64,000 nucleotides of DNA from Azolla caroliniana (GCA_043228905.1 JBHGNT010000021.1:4650001-4714000), one strand, 5' to 3'. Positions 22,072 through 35,757 are shown, counted from the first letter of the stretch. Numbers and translations: made by a program. Notes: generated from the sequence alone by a model not told the origin.

Positions 22072-23825
22072 TTAGACGTTTTTTGGTTGGGCTATGGGAG
22101 GGTTTGAGGAGGGGGTATGTGAATGATTTTGAGTATTATGGTGTCTATTATGAGGCCTATGATTTATGTGGGGATATGATGTAGTAATATTTTTTGGAGG
22201 GGGAGGGGTAGTGTTAACATTATTAAAAGGATAGGGTGTGGTATTAATTTTTGGAGGGGGGAGGGTATTATGTATTAAGAAAGAAGGGGGAGGGTTAATA
22301 GAGGAATTAGAGAAATATGGGGGAGGGATAATAGAGGAAGTATGGGGAAGGGTATTAAGTGAATTGGGTAAGTTAGGGGGAAGGGTATAAGTAAAATGCG
22401 GGGGAGGGGTATACGAAAAATTAGTGTAAATAGGTGGAGGGGTATATGTGTAATTTGAAGAAACGAAAGAGGGGGTATCTGTAAACGGGGGGGGGGAAAG
22501 AGTGTAAGGGGGGTATAGTTTGTGAGAATGCCTGATTAGAGAGAGCATGGGTTTGACTGTGAGGGGGGAAGATATGGGAATTAGGGTTTTGAAACCCTGT
22601 CACAATAGGTGGAGATGAAAGGAGAGGAGGTAGCATGGACGTCTGTCGGCTGCCATGTGCAGTCCCGGACAGAACGTCCGATGAAATAAAGGGGGTGGGG
22701 AATATACAATTGGGTATGAGATGGTTGTCAGAGACATATCCATACTCATGTGCGTAATGGGGTATGTGTACAGGGGGGAAATTATTGTGTGTCATAGGCG
22801 GGGTATGTTGTGGGAGGGGCATAGACAGTGGCGGCGGTAGTGGCGACTGCTTTGTAGGTTGCTGAGGGAAGCCGTAGTTGTAATGTTGCTGATGATGTAT
22901 GTTTGGTGGTTTATGCAGGTTTTGATGTGGATTACCGAAAGGAGGGGCATTGCTTGCCATAGGTGGATGTGGTTGGATAGAGGGAGCTGCTGCAGTGGAT
23001 ATATTATGGGAGTGGATTGGGTGTCGAAGCTCAAAGTTATTATGGTATGTGTAGGGATTAATAAATTGTACTATGGGGACATTAGAGCGGGTAAATGGGT
23101 TATGAGATTGAATCACCTCGTTTGTGGCTGTGTTATAGGTGTAGAGGATGCTACCAATTCGTTGTTGATGGTTGTTGGAGTTAATATGGGCACTAGACTG
23201 TTTATTATTGTTATTATTAGGGTTAGGGTTAGGGTTAGGGTTAGGGTTCGATCTGAAATTTAGATTCTTTTTTAGATTAGGGTCATTATTATTGTTAGTA
23301 TGGAAAGCTATTTTTTTGAAATTTTTAAGACCTATTTCTTCAGGAGTGATGTAGGATGGACTGTCATAAAAGACTTCATCGTTATCTTCTTCATCCTTGT
23401 CACTAAATACTTCATCATTATCTTCTTCATCCCTATCACTCATTGTAACATCTATTTCTCTAATGTTCACTGGTTTATCTAAATGATGAGGATCCTCATA
23501 GTCATTATTTGCTTGTAGGCTATTTCTTGATCTTGTGGCTGTTTTTTTTAAGGTTTCATCTATATTGTGGTTAACAACAAATTCATCACACGCACTAAGT
23601 ATTCTTAAAGCGAAATCCTCGAGCCAACTCTTCATAGTTTCTAAATATAACTCTGGGTCTATATGATTAGATACTGTATTAAGATGGGTAGGATCTTGTA
23701 ATATATCAGTAAAATGGCTGAGATCAGATCTAATCTTATTTGGAAAATCATCTATTAATTTAGTGTACGAGTGTACTAACATGTCTAAATGTTTAATATA
23801 GCTCCTTGTAAGGTCTCTATTATAT
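22072..23825 (-). pseudogene. PLE upstream ORF1-like region (helical N-terminal part, then Asn/Pro/His-rich); frameshift probably at the G-run ~22490
   Basis: ORFs 22421..23914 and 22072..22548 are co-oriented with the RT. The first ~29 codons of 22421..23914 are antisense gypsy sequence. Confidence 0.5.
23217..23246 (+). repeat. (TTAGGG)5 telomere-type repeat inside the PLE
   Basis: ttagggttagggttagggttagggttaggg; encodes NPNPNP on the - strand. Confidence 0.95.
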
Positions 23826-25521
23826 TGGTTAGCGGTGCCGGTGGCCGGAAAGCGGATCAAAGCGTTCAAACAGCGGTTCGAAGACGAGCCGGAGCTTGCG
23901 AGCCGGAGCGACAATGACGATCAGTTCGGGTCCGGCAGAGAATCGGAGAGCAACGAGTGAGGCCGGGTTTCTTCGATATCTACTCGTCTCTGGCGCATAC
24001 CGGTGGATGCGCGGTTTGGTGGGGGTGGATGTCGTGAAGAAAACCGGCCATAGGCGGAATCGGAGAGAAAGCGCATAAACCGGCCCTTACATTGATGGAC
24101 GCATGACTTGGTATTTTGTACACGAATCGGTGGAGATAAATACTAAGCCGCACGCATTTATTAAGGGGGGGATTGTGTGTATCCCTGTTAGAGGGACAGG
24201 GAATAAAGGGAATAGGACAAGAGAAAAGGGATATCGCGCGCGAGGGAGGAGGAGGTGCTGCTGCAGATTTGGGTGCGAAGCCTCTCTCTTCTCCTACGAC
24301 CGTCATTCTCTACAGGTGTCGGGAGTTCGCTACCTCTGCTTCGGGGACAGCCCGTGTGCTTCCAGCACAGTCTCTCCTTTTCCCCCTTTTGTTTTTGGGA
24401 ATCGTGTGACTGTCGTCGGTGTGCGTGAGTAGGGTCCCCATGTCGGGTCCGTCGCCGCCTTGTCGGTTGTAACCGTCGGAGTTTGTAATCTCTTGTCATT
24501 GTCATTAAGTGTTACATTCTATATCTCTCCTTCTCGCTTCTACGTGTCTGTGAATCTCTTTCCCTGTCTCTGTCTCTCTCGCTCCTCGGTCCAAGACCCC
24601 AGTGGTCCCGCCCCTTTCTACACGTACGCGCGTAACAACGCGACAACGTAAAATGGATTACAAAGAGTAGGCTACAAAATGGCGTTGAACCAATTTAGGT
24701 TTGGGATGGGTGATAGATGCCTATTTATAAGTAATAGAGAACACTCTAGAATATTCTAGGTTATCCTAGAATGTAGAGTAATCTAGAAGATCTATAGAGT
24801 ATTCTAGAAGGTTCTAGTGGTTTAGAACACTCTAGAATATTCTAGGTCACTCTAGAATGTAGAGTAATATAGAATATTCCTATGATATTAGATTTCATAT
24901 TCTAGAGACTATACATATAAGAATATTAATACAATGGTTAAGGATTTGACATGTGTACAACAAGGTCGTGGGTTCAAATCCTTTCGAGTCATAATGTGAC
25001 TGTCAAGATCCTTTCGATGCATGATGTGAGTGTTGTCATGACAGACGGTGTCTCGGTTTTCAGCGGGACAGCGGGGGTCTTGGACTAGGGAGGTGGATAG
25101 TGGAGTCCTTAAGCTTTGTAGGTTTCGGTTCGGAATCGGCTTCCAGCTCCAACGAATGTAGGGTTTCACAAAAGACAGTTCACTGCGAATATGGATCCGA
25201 CTCAAATATGTTACAAGGGAGATAGATATACACGAACATGAATATATATTATAAGAGTCTTACAACAAGACGGTTACATGCCCCGAATCCGGTGGCTATT
25301 ACATATCAATAGGCTAATACAACAAGTTAAGAAAGGGAACCGGTGAAGGTGAGTCGAGTGGGCTACTGGGACCGCGACATCCACCATTTTGTCACGCCCC
25401 GGAGACGGTGGAGTGTTCCCATGCCACTTCTTCCTCCCTTCTCGAATCGGCCGCCACACGAAACGCTCTCCATCGAGGAGAGGAAACTGAATCAGCAAGT
25501 GTTGCCACCGGAATGCGTAAA
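23826..25521 (+). repeat. ~1.7-kb direct duplicate of 8676-9020 + 18016-19544 (A 3' end and LTR, chromovirus LTR part, solo LTR part)
   Basis: Same three-element junction series, roughly 95% identical by eye; lacks insertion C. Confidence 0.92.
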
Positions 25522-26019
25522 GCCGCCATTGTAGGAACCCTCAAACCAAACCAAACTCTCACACGAAGAAGAGAGAGTGACACCCGAAACCCTAACCGCA
25601 TAAACCCTAACTCACACAAACTCTCACAAGAAGAAGAACCTAAACGGAATACTATCCTCCACTCAAAAAGAATGAACCAAATCCACGAGAAAATGAAGAA
25701 GAACAAAGTAAAACCCTAAAATGAAGTAGAGTGAAGATCAAAGTAGAAACCCTAAGGGAACAAGAATAAGATGAAGAGGAAGAACACTACCAAACCCTAG
25801 ACATAAGTGGTATACCCTCCTAACTCAAAATGGGCAACCCCTTTACAAAGGGCGCTCCCTTCCTTTTATAGAACAAGGAGAGGGATGCATAACAATGTGG
25901 GATAAATACTCCCCCTTATTCTATACACCGATCTCCTATTATACATGTGCACATGTTGCACACCACCGACTTGACCATTCCTCCCTAGTTTCACACTATA
26001 GTCGGCAATCTTCACAACA
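25049..26019 (-). mobile_element. Phygy-like solo LTR (971 bp) with TSD ACGG
   Basis: TGTCTCGG...TCTTCACAACA; ACGG at 25045-25048 and 26020-26023; blocks shared with the B LTR (GGGGGTCTTGGACTA, TGGTATACC...GGCAACCCC); telo-boxes. Confidence 0.88.
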
Positions 26020-26023
26020 ACGG

Positions 26024-28532
26024 AATGCACCACTGGAGCTGGTGCATACCGATGTGTGTCAAGTGGACACGAAGTCACATGCTAGATCGCAGAACTTGGT
26101 GACGTTCATAGATGACCACAATTGGAAGCTGTGGGTTTCACCGTTGAAGACGAAGGATCAGGTGCTATCTATCTTCAAGGAACTCCATGCAAGAGTCAAA
26201 AGAGATACCGGCCTGAAGCTGAAGGTGGTTCGAGCGGACAACGGAGGAGAATACCGGGGGAAGTTTGAGGAGTACTGCTAGTCAAAGGGAATCTGGCTCA
26301 AATTCACCGTGCCGAAGACGTCGGAATTGGATGAGTTGGCCGAACGGATGAGCTCGACCATGATGGAGAGAGTCTGGAGCATGCAAAGTTACCCAAGAAG
26401 TTTTGGGTTGAGATGCTGACGACGACGACCTATGTGATAAATAGATCACCCCGAGTACCCTTGGACGGAGACACACTGCAAAGAGTATGGACCAGTAAGG
26501 ACGTGACTTACCGACATCTAAAGGTGTTCGGGTGTCTCGCATATGTGCATGTTGCAAAGGATAAGAGAGGAAAGTTGGATCCGAAGTCGAGGACATGCAT
26601 ATTCCTTCGATACGGCGATGATGAGTTCGATTACTGGGTGTGGGATCTGGTCGACAAGAAGGTGTTCCGAAGTCGAGACATAGTCTTCATGGAAGACAAG
26701 ACCATTGCTGACTGGGAGTTGGAGACGAAGGTGATGAACTCTGGATCATCCAACGAAAACCGGATTGAGGACACAAGGACATACTCGATTGAAAACCAGA
26801 TGTTAGCCGGTAACTAGATGACACTCGATGAACCGGCCGGATACGAACAAGAAACAGAACTGACCGAAGAAGAAGGAGACACTTGAACCAGACAAGATCC
26901 CGAATCGGATTCGGATTTGGAACAAACGGATAAACTGGTAGTCAGAAACCAAGGACGGAGATATCCTCTCCAAGAGAGAAGAGCCCCCCTCAAGATTTCC
27001 GGATGCAGAGCATGTGTTGCTAAACAATGAGGGGGAGCCGGAAAGCTTCGAAGAAGCAAAGAGAGACACCCATAGCCGCAAGTGGTTGAATGCCATGCAG
27101 GATAAGATGGATTCCCTGCATGAGAACCGCACATATGAACTAACGGAGTTGCCGAAAGGAAGAGAGCACTCCGGAACAAGTGGGTGTACAAGCTGAAACT
27201 GGGAGATGCCGGAAATCCACCAAGGTATAAGGCCCGAATCGTGGTGAAGGGCTTCCAGCAGAAGAAAGGAGTGAACTTCGATGAGATCTTTGCCCCAGTA
27301 GTAAAGATGACATCCATCCGGATGATATTGGGAATAGCGGCAAGCATGGACCTCGAGGTAGAGCAACTGGACGTCAAGACGACGTTCCTACATGGTGACC
27401 TCGAAGAAGAGATCTACATGCATCAACCGGAAGGATTTGAGAAGAAAGGGAAGGAGCACTTGGTGTGCTGGCTTAAGAAGAGCTTATACGTATTGAAGCA
27501 AGCCCCCCGACAATAGTACCGAAAGTTCAACTCCTTCATGACCGACCAAGGGTACCACAAGATGCACGCTGATACTGTGTGTTTGTGAAGAAATTTGATG
27601 GAGGAGATTTCGTGATACTCCTCCTATATGTGGATGATATGTTGATCATCTGACGAGACCAAGGCAAGATTTGGATGCTTAAGAAGGCTCTGAACCGAAC
27701 CTTCTCAATGAAAGACTTGGGTCTGACAAGATAGATATTGGGAAAGCACATCATCCGGGACCGGTTAAAGAAGCTGTTGTGGTTGTCATAGGAGAAGTGC
27801 GTGACAAATGTGCTTCAACGGTTCAACATGTCGAAGGCGAAACCGGTCGAATCGACACTTCCGAAAAATTGCAAGTTGTTTGGAAAGCTAAGCCCGAAGA
27901 CAAAGGCAGAGAAGACAGATATGATGAAGATACCATATGCCTCTGCCGTAGGAAGCTTGATTTACGCAATGGTATGTACCCGTCCGGATATCAGATATGC
28001 AGTCGAAGTGGTGAACCGGTTCATGAGCAATCCCGGAAAAGAGCACTAGAACGCGGTCAAGTGGATACTCCGGTATCTGAAAGGAAGCTCAAGTATGTGC
28101 CTCCGGTTGACGCATGTATTTGGACATGTCGGCTGATGCAGATACCAGCCGGTCTACATCTGAATATGTCATGACTTATGCAGGGGGAGTTGTATCATGG
28201 TAGTCGAGGCTGCAGAAGACGGTTGCGTTGTCAACCACGGAGGCGGAGTACATGGTAGTTGTGCAAGCCGGCAAGGAGATAATATAGCTGAAGGACTTCA
28301 TCGAAGAGCTAGGGATCCAAAAGGAGGAATACCAGCTCTACTGCGACAGTCAAAGTGCCATCCACCTCACAAAGAAAGCGGCCTATCATTCTCGGACGAA
28401 ACATATCTAACGGAGGTAGCACTAGATTCGGGAGAGTAGAAGATCAAGAGTTCACGCTGACAAAGATCCACACGGAGGAGAACGGTTCGGATATGCTGAC
28501 CAAGGTGTTGACAACCGAGAAGCTGGATGCGT
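26024..28532 (+). pseudogene. pol: copia pol (integrase-RT-RNaseH) with many stops and frameshifts
   Basis: LELVHTDV, RADNGGEY, KARIVVKGF, QLDVKTTFLHG, YVDD, TRPDI. Confidence 0.92.
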
Positions 28533-29349
28533 TGTCAGGGTAGTTGTGGTTCGTGCGGTGAAGTCACAAGGACTAAGGTTATGGGGAGTTGAAGGAACTT
28601 TTATAAGGCTTGCGCACAAATGTTAGGAAGATTAAGGATAAGAAGAATAAGAGTTTAATGTAATGTGTGTGAGAGAGAGACGAGTATAGATAAAAGATAG
28701 AGACAATGTATGATTCAAGAAGCAAGATAGAGACAAAGTATGATTTAAGAAAAAAAAGCATATGATATGAAAATGATGTATATTACGAATACAAGATTTT
28801 ACCAACTTTACAATGCTTGATAGCAAGATGAAATCTTTCTCTACCGACTCTTGATTCAAACCCTTGACTCCAACTTGAAAACACGAGCCTCTTCCCCAAC
28901 AAGCTAACTTATTTGTTTGATTATATTATTCTCTAACTTTTCTCTTGATTGATTCCCTCTTGTTTTCCTTGCCCCTCTTTATATAAGTATTGTCATGCAT
29001 ATTGTAATGTGTGGGAGGATGGCATGCATGCAATGCATGACTTTCATGTGATGCATGATTGCCATTTGGCGTACATGCATTACATGTGATGCATGATAGC
29101 CATCATGCTCATTTGAGCTCTCATGTATGAAAATAGATATAAGATAAATGATGGAAATATGTCTTTTACATTTAGCTTCATTCTTATATTATTCTTTACA
29201 ATAACTTTATAAATTAATAGCTTAGCCTAGGGGTATGTATATTGTACTTCATATATAAGGGTGAGGGTTCAAGTCTTTCAAATACTACTAAATATAATAT
29301 TTAAGTTCAATTTTATATCGTGAAGCACATTCTTCACGACACCCACCCC

Positions 29350-32300
29350 CTCTGAACTTGCACATTGGTTGTGCAGAGTTCATCCAACACTTCTTCTGAT
29401 TCTTTTAGTACTTCTTCATAAAATTCGGGCTCTAGTGACTCCCTCCTTTTAAATATTTTAATCCTTTTTCCTGCAATTGGGATACGAATTTTTGTCCCAT
29501 CTAATTCATTGAGGAAATATGTGGCCTTATCTTTTATTTTCCTAACTTCATAAGGTCCAAACCATCTTTTTGTGAACTTCCGAATAGTACTGTATTAATT
29601 ATCTAGGCTACTATCATATACTAATACCCAGTCTCCCTCTTGCACCTTCCTTGGTTGTATTCTTTTTATCTTGTCAAATCTGTCCTTATTCTTGATTCTT
29701 GCCTCTTTCAATCTAGTAGCTGCGTTTTCTTTGTCTTCTAACTTGGATTGAAGTTGTCGTATCTGAATAGCAAGTAAATCTTCCCTACTCATTTATGATT
29801 CCCAAGGCAACACAACCCATGTAGTTATCTTTTCTTCAATTGGCATTATCGGCTTCTGTCCTATGATTAATTCTGCAGGCATATATCCAGTAACAGTGCT
29901 ATGAGTTGTCCTATTAGCCCATAGTGCATAGGGTAAGACTTTTGGCCAATCACTGACACGTCCTTTACATGCCTTTGCTAAAGCTTTGACTATTGGCCCA
30001 TGTCCCCTTTCCATCTTTCCATTAGCTTCCGGATTGTATGCCGTTGTCAAAGATAGCCGAATTCCTATTTTGTCGAAAAAATCTTGAGCTTCTGCAAAAT
30101 TAAGCTCTCCCCTATCTGCTACTATCTTCCCGATACATCCATATCTACAAACAATGTCCTCCAAGATGAATTGACATACTCCTAATGTCCCTTTTGTTCG
30201 TAGTGCACGTCCTTCCACTTGATTTGTTAGATCTTCTCTTGCAAGAACCAAGTATCTCTTTTGTCCTACTACAAGTGGCATTGTTACCAAATCTATCATC
30301 CACTTGTAATGCACCCCTGGTAAGTATGTTGGGTGTAACTCATCACAAAATCTTACATTTGAATAACATTGACAAGTGGGACCAGTTTCCACATACTTTT
30401 TTATTTGCTCATAGTATCGAGGCCACCAAAACCGTTCTGTAATCTTATTGAAAGTGGCCCACACTCCTCGATGACTAGCCCATTCTTTGTCATGTAGCTC
30501 TCTGATTATCTCCTTTCTTTGCCCTTCAGAACTTATTACTCTTTGCAAGTTTCCAGTCTTGGTTTTCGGATGTTGCCATAGATATCCTTCATGCATGAAG
30601 AACTTATGGGATTTCTTGCGAAACTATTCGAACTCTTTTCCAGACTGATCTTTATACTTGTCAAGGGTCTGTAGATACTTCCCTATTTCCTTGAATTCTT
30701 CTTCATACTCCTCTTCTAGGAACTGCATTCCTCCTTCCCGGGTAATTCTTGTGATGAAGAATGTTTGTTCTTTGTCCTCATCGTCTGAGTCTGGAATCTC
30801 CTCTTCATTATACCTTGCTCTTGATAACATATCTGCTACTGCATTTCTATTCCCAAAGGTATGTCTAACTTCAGGGTTGATTGATCTAATATAGATACAC
30901 CATCTTAACATGGCTTGATTTGGAATATCACAATTAGCTATGATACCAAGAATAGGCAAACAATCTGTTTTTATTATTACTTCAGCACCAATTAAGTAAT
31001 CTCTATTTGTCTTAACTGTTGTTACTACCCCCCATAACTCTCTTTTGACTTGTGCATATTTTCTTTGTCGACCATTAAGAACCTTCGCTCCGAATCGGGC
31101 TGGATACCTTTCTTCCCCATCTTGTTGGCTTATCACCCATCCAATTCCAATGGGACTAGAGTCTAGTGTGAAATATATGGGCCGGGTGTAGTCAAGTTGC
31201 TTTAATGGTGGAGCTTGTGCCAAGTAAGACTTCAATTTCCTCATTGCCTCTGAATGCTCTTCACTCCATTCGAATGTTTCTCCTTTTCTTAGGAGTCTAT
31301 ATAAAGGTTCAGATAAAGGGGCATAATGCGGAATCCATCTACAGTAAAAAACACATACCCCCAGAAACCTTCGTACTTCTGAGACAGATGTACATTCCTC
31401 TTGCATGTTTTGAATTGCATTGACCTTCATGGGGGATGACTTTCTCCTATACGGGCCACACAGATGACCAACTATTAATATCTCTGTTGCCCCAAATATT
31501 GATTTCGCCCTTGATAAGGTCAAGTGCACTTCATCCATCCTTGATAGTATCTTTTCACAATCCTTGATATGGTCGGCAACGAATTGTCGGCAACCATCTT
31601 CGTCCAATTCCTCATTCTTCTCTTCCTCCTTGCATCCCTTAATCGGAACATCATCTAAAAAAGGCATTGTGATATGAGGAATTAAATCACAAAGTACCTT
31701 GTTCATTCCATTTATCATATGCACCACTGAGTTGGTCTCTCTTTGCGGCAAGGTACACATCCGTACTAACCCTATAGGTGTCTTGATAGAAGTAATATCT
31801 CGACTTTTGATAGCAAGTTGAAATTGATCATACCCAAAATAAAGGTCTCCCATTGAATATATAGCTCTTCCTGTAAACATCTCAGCAAACTCATCCACAA
31901 TTGGCCCTACTCCCGAGTTTCGGATTGTTACCTTATTCATGGGTTGCATATCTTGGATAAATCAGAGCCGTCCATCTTTTTTTAACACAGTGAACCATTG
32001 ACTCGAGTAAGGAGCGTTCGGTGGTTCCAAGATACCCATCCTTATCTTTTCTTTCAAAGGTTCTAATAGTTGAGGGATTCTAGCCCTAGGCATGGGTATT
32101 GACTTAAAATTCCATGGAATATGAGGGATAGTGAATATAACCATGGGCTCTACAATTCCTGGATCCACACACCCTATTTCCTCAGGTTGGAACGCGAACG
32201 CCTTTCCATGCCTTTTTAACATCTCCCTGAATTGCTTTTCTTCAACTGGTAATAGGAAGTCATCCCCTCCTATTTTCATCCCTTGTATTGTTTCTGGAGT

Positions 32301-33440
32301 AAACACATGTCCTACATTTCGTGGGTCTTTAATCATTGGCTCTGTGGCTACTTCTTTGATTGCCCTTTCACTATCCCCTGCAAGTGGAGCAGCAATAGGA
32401 CGAACCTTCGTCTCCACTGTTTTGTACTTTTTTAAGACATGTGCCTCATGATCCTTTCGAGCAACTTCTTCAATGACCTCGTACATCTTGATCGAATGGA
32501 CAGGAACTTGAAATTTGTTGTTGTCCTCCAAACTTAATTCTTCAAACATATCTTGAATTTCTTTATCATCATCTATTAATCAAGAACATTTAAAATACTT
32601 GGAAGCATTTTATATTTTATTATTATCTACTTTTAGCATAAAAGTAGCACCACTAGATGAGATTGTACAAGGAATATCTTTATTTACATTATTATTTATG
32701 GGGTTTTCTTTCATGTCCGAGCTATCACAACCCCTACCTGTAAAAGCCCTATCTAAAAATCCTGGGAAAATTCTTCATCCACCTCCCGAATTGGATGTTC
32801 CCTCAAGCATTCTTTATTTCTTTTGTGGTTGGGCTTCACAGTTAAGAATTGGACTGTCTTTCTTCCATCTTGACTCTTGATTCTCGCGAAAGCCAAACCA
32901 TCATCAATCATCTTTGTTTCTATCCTGACTGCGGTGATGTAAGGCTGACCAAGGATGACGGGGTAGGTTGATCGATCCTGCACAAAGAAAGTTTGATTCA
33001 CTGACACATCACCAATTGTTACCTTCACATTGGGGCATGCTCCGAATAGATCCTCCGTAGTCTCTGTGGCAGCTCTTATCTTCCACCCATGATTCTTGTC
33101 GATCGGCCACCATCCTTGAGAGTAAAATTCCGACGACATCATGTTAATCTCGGATCCATGATTGATCAAAGCAAGACATGGAATTTGTTGCTCCCCAATT
33201 TTTGCAGGTGCCTCCTTTGTTGCTCGAGCCCAATGGTCCCTTGTATAGTGACTCCTATCCTCTTCATGAACCCCAACATCATTTCTGTTTTTTACATTTG
33301 CAGCGTTAATGGTACCACCATACAAATCTCGAAGTGTTGCTGCACACCCTCCCGTAACTTCCTCCATCACCTGTCTCTTTCTTCTAATAATATCTATGAT
33401 AACTTCATGAAATTCTTTCTTTGCTATGACCAACACTTCT
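29350..33440 (-). pseudogene. pol: PR-RT-RH-INT of element F (several stops); no chromodomain
   Basis: ALINHGSEIN (protease), FLDD, TDCLP and ADRGE; clearly homologous to the element A pol. Confidence 0.92.
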
Positions 33441-33898
33441 AACACCTTTGCGTTCACAAGTGGAAGGATCGCTCTTCATGAACCCCAACATCATTTCTGT
33501 TTTTTACATTTGCAGCGTTAATGGTACCACCATACAAATCTTGAAGTGTTGTTGCACACCCTCCCGTAACTTCCTCCGTCACCTGTCTCTTTCTTCTAAT
33601 AATATCTTTGATAACTTCATGAAATTGTTTCTTTGCTATGACCAACACTTCTAACACCTTTGCGTTCACAAGTGGAAGGATCGCTCTTCATGAACCCCAA
33701 CATCATTTCTGTTTTTTACATTTGCAGCGTTAATGGTACCACCATACAAATCTCGAAGTGTTGTTGCACAACCTCCCGTAACTTCCTCCGTCACCTGTCT
33801 CTTTCTTCTAATAATATCTTTGATAACTTCATGAAATTGTTTCTTTGCTATGACCAACACTTCTAACACCTTTGCGTTCACAAGTGGAAGGATCGCTC
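33260..33898. repeat. 212-bp x3 tandem repeat spanning the F / DNA-transposon left junction
   Basis: Units start at 33260, 33472 and 33684; each contains TTCT plus the left TIR (33441, 33653, 33865). Confidence 0.95.
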
Positions 33899-35442
33899 AT
33901 TCCACTTATAGATTCCTTTTATAATCTTGCAATTTTAGACAATTTCCCAAAACTTGATACACCAGTATCCCATGTTTGAAATAGCATGTAAAATTTGCTA
34001 ATTTTTTGATATTTAACAAGTTTCAAAATGATAATTTCAAAATAAATGTTTAAATGTTGATGGTTTGTATATATGAAATGTAGTTAACTTAAAGAAAATC
34101 ACAATGGTCAACTCAAGGCACAAGTTAACATTAATGGTTTCACCATCTTGAGGAGATTAAGATTACATCTATTGTTAGACTTGAAAATGTTTTAAGTATA
34201 AAAGGTAACATTGCAATCCTTAATGTCATCATCTATAAATTAGTGCTCATTAACATCCATAAATTCACAACTCAAGAAATGTAGACAATATTCATAAACA
34301 ATTTTGATAAATTCACAACTCCTAAAATATAGATGATATTCATAAATTGTCAAATTTTAGATGTGAACATTAATATATCAATTTGAACATAACACATAGT
34401 TATCAGGGTATCTACAATGTTATCATCTTCTTCCTTAAAAGAATTCCCCTACAAAATTTATGAAGTAAATGGCATTTGCGAAGTTCAATTACCATCAATA
34501 CAATTATTAATGGTTTTTTTCAAATAAATGAAGCACATGTTTACCATAAGGTATCTTGTTGTGCAATATACCTCTTTAAAAAACCTCTTTTATTTCAAAA
34601 ACAACGAGAGTTTTAAACATAAACACGATATGTTGTATTGAGTTGATGTAAAAAATAGATTTTTCATAATAATTCCATACAATATATTGAATTCATGTTC
34701 AAAGTTTTTTACCGGATTTAAAAAATAATAATAATAATAAATTAATCTTGAGATGATAGAAAAACCAGATTTTTCATCACAATTCGATACAATGTATCGA
34801 GTTCACGGTTAAAGTAAATTTTTCAAATTTTTTTCAATTTTTTAAAATTTGTTTAAATTTTTTTTTCAATTTTTTCAAATTTTTTTCAATTTTCTTTTTT
34901 GCTTTTTTTTCTAATTTTTTTCAATTTTTTGATTTATTTTTATTTTTTATGGAAAAAATAATAATTTTAAACATGAATTTGATACATTGTATCGACTTCT
35001 GGTAAAAAGTCTGGTTTTTTCATCACTTATTAAAGTACAAAAGAAAACTCCAAAATAAATAGAAAAAAACACAATTTATTTTTTAAAAAACCCGATAAAA
35101 AACTTTAAACATGAACTCGATACATTGTCAAAAAGTTAAGTTTTCAACACGAACTCGATATATTGTATCGCCTTCGTGTTAAAAAGTTGACTTTTCTACA
35201 CGAACTCGATACATTGTATCGAGTTTGTGTTGAAAACTCGATGTAATGTATCGAGTTCATGTTGAAACATTTTCAACACGAACTCAATACATTGTATCAA
35301 GTTTGTGTCAAAAAGACAACTTTTCGACACGAACTCGATACTGTCAGGAACAGTACTGAGACAGAGAAGGAATTAGTACTAAACGAAGGATTAGTACTAT
35401 GAGAGGTGTAGAACTTCTTCGAGAGAAGGAAGAAGTGAGCGA

Positions 35443-35478
<36 letters not shown>

Positions 35479-35702
35479 TGATAAGAAAGATATGTATTAT
35501 ATGAAGAGAATATACAATGGTGGCTAAAAGGCTTAAGACTGGCGTTGAACCAATTTGGTTCAACATAATGCCTAGTGCCCTCTTTTATAGTGTTTTCAGG
35601 AGTAATCTTGAAGCTTCTAGAATGTTCCAGAGAAATGTGGAATATACACTAATTTCCTATAATAAAATGTAAATGAAAATAATATCTACGTATTACAATA
35701 GA

Positions 35703-35757
35703 TGATCTAATGGTCAAGAGCTCGACCCATATAACCTAAGGTCATAGGTTCGAGTCT
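35703..35757 (+). promoter_or_regulatory. tRNA-like A/B-box cassette in the element G LTR (also 46348-46402)
   Basis: TGATCTAATGG at 35703 and GGTTCGAGTCT at 35747 (44-nt offset), with AAGGTC before the T-arm. Confidence 0.65.

Larger units (their letters stand above)
19545..23825 (-). mobile_element. Endonuclease-less Penelope-like retroelement (PLE), 5'-truncated
   Basis: PLE RT motifs, no GIY-YIG visible, 3' hammerhead ribozyme, upstream low-complexity ORF. Boundaries are defined by the flanking direct duplication. Confidence 0.85.

Noticed and set aside
23826-23914. Start of the 497-aa ORF as the true PLE ORF1 start
   Set aside because: These codons lie in the duplicated gypsy segment; the fusion is accidental and the PLE is 5'-truncated.
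35100-35341. Regularly spaced palindromic repeats resembling a CRISPR array
   Set aside because: Eukaryotic transposon interior, spacers similar to one another, no cas genes.
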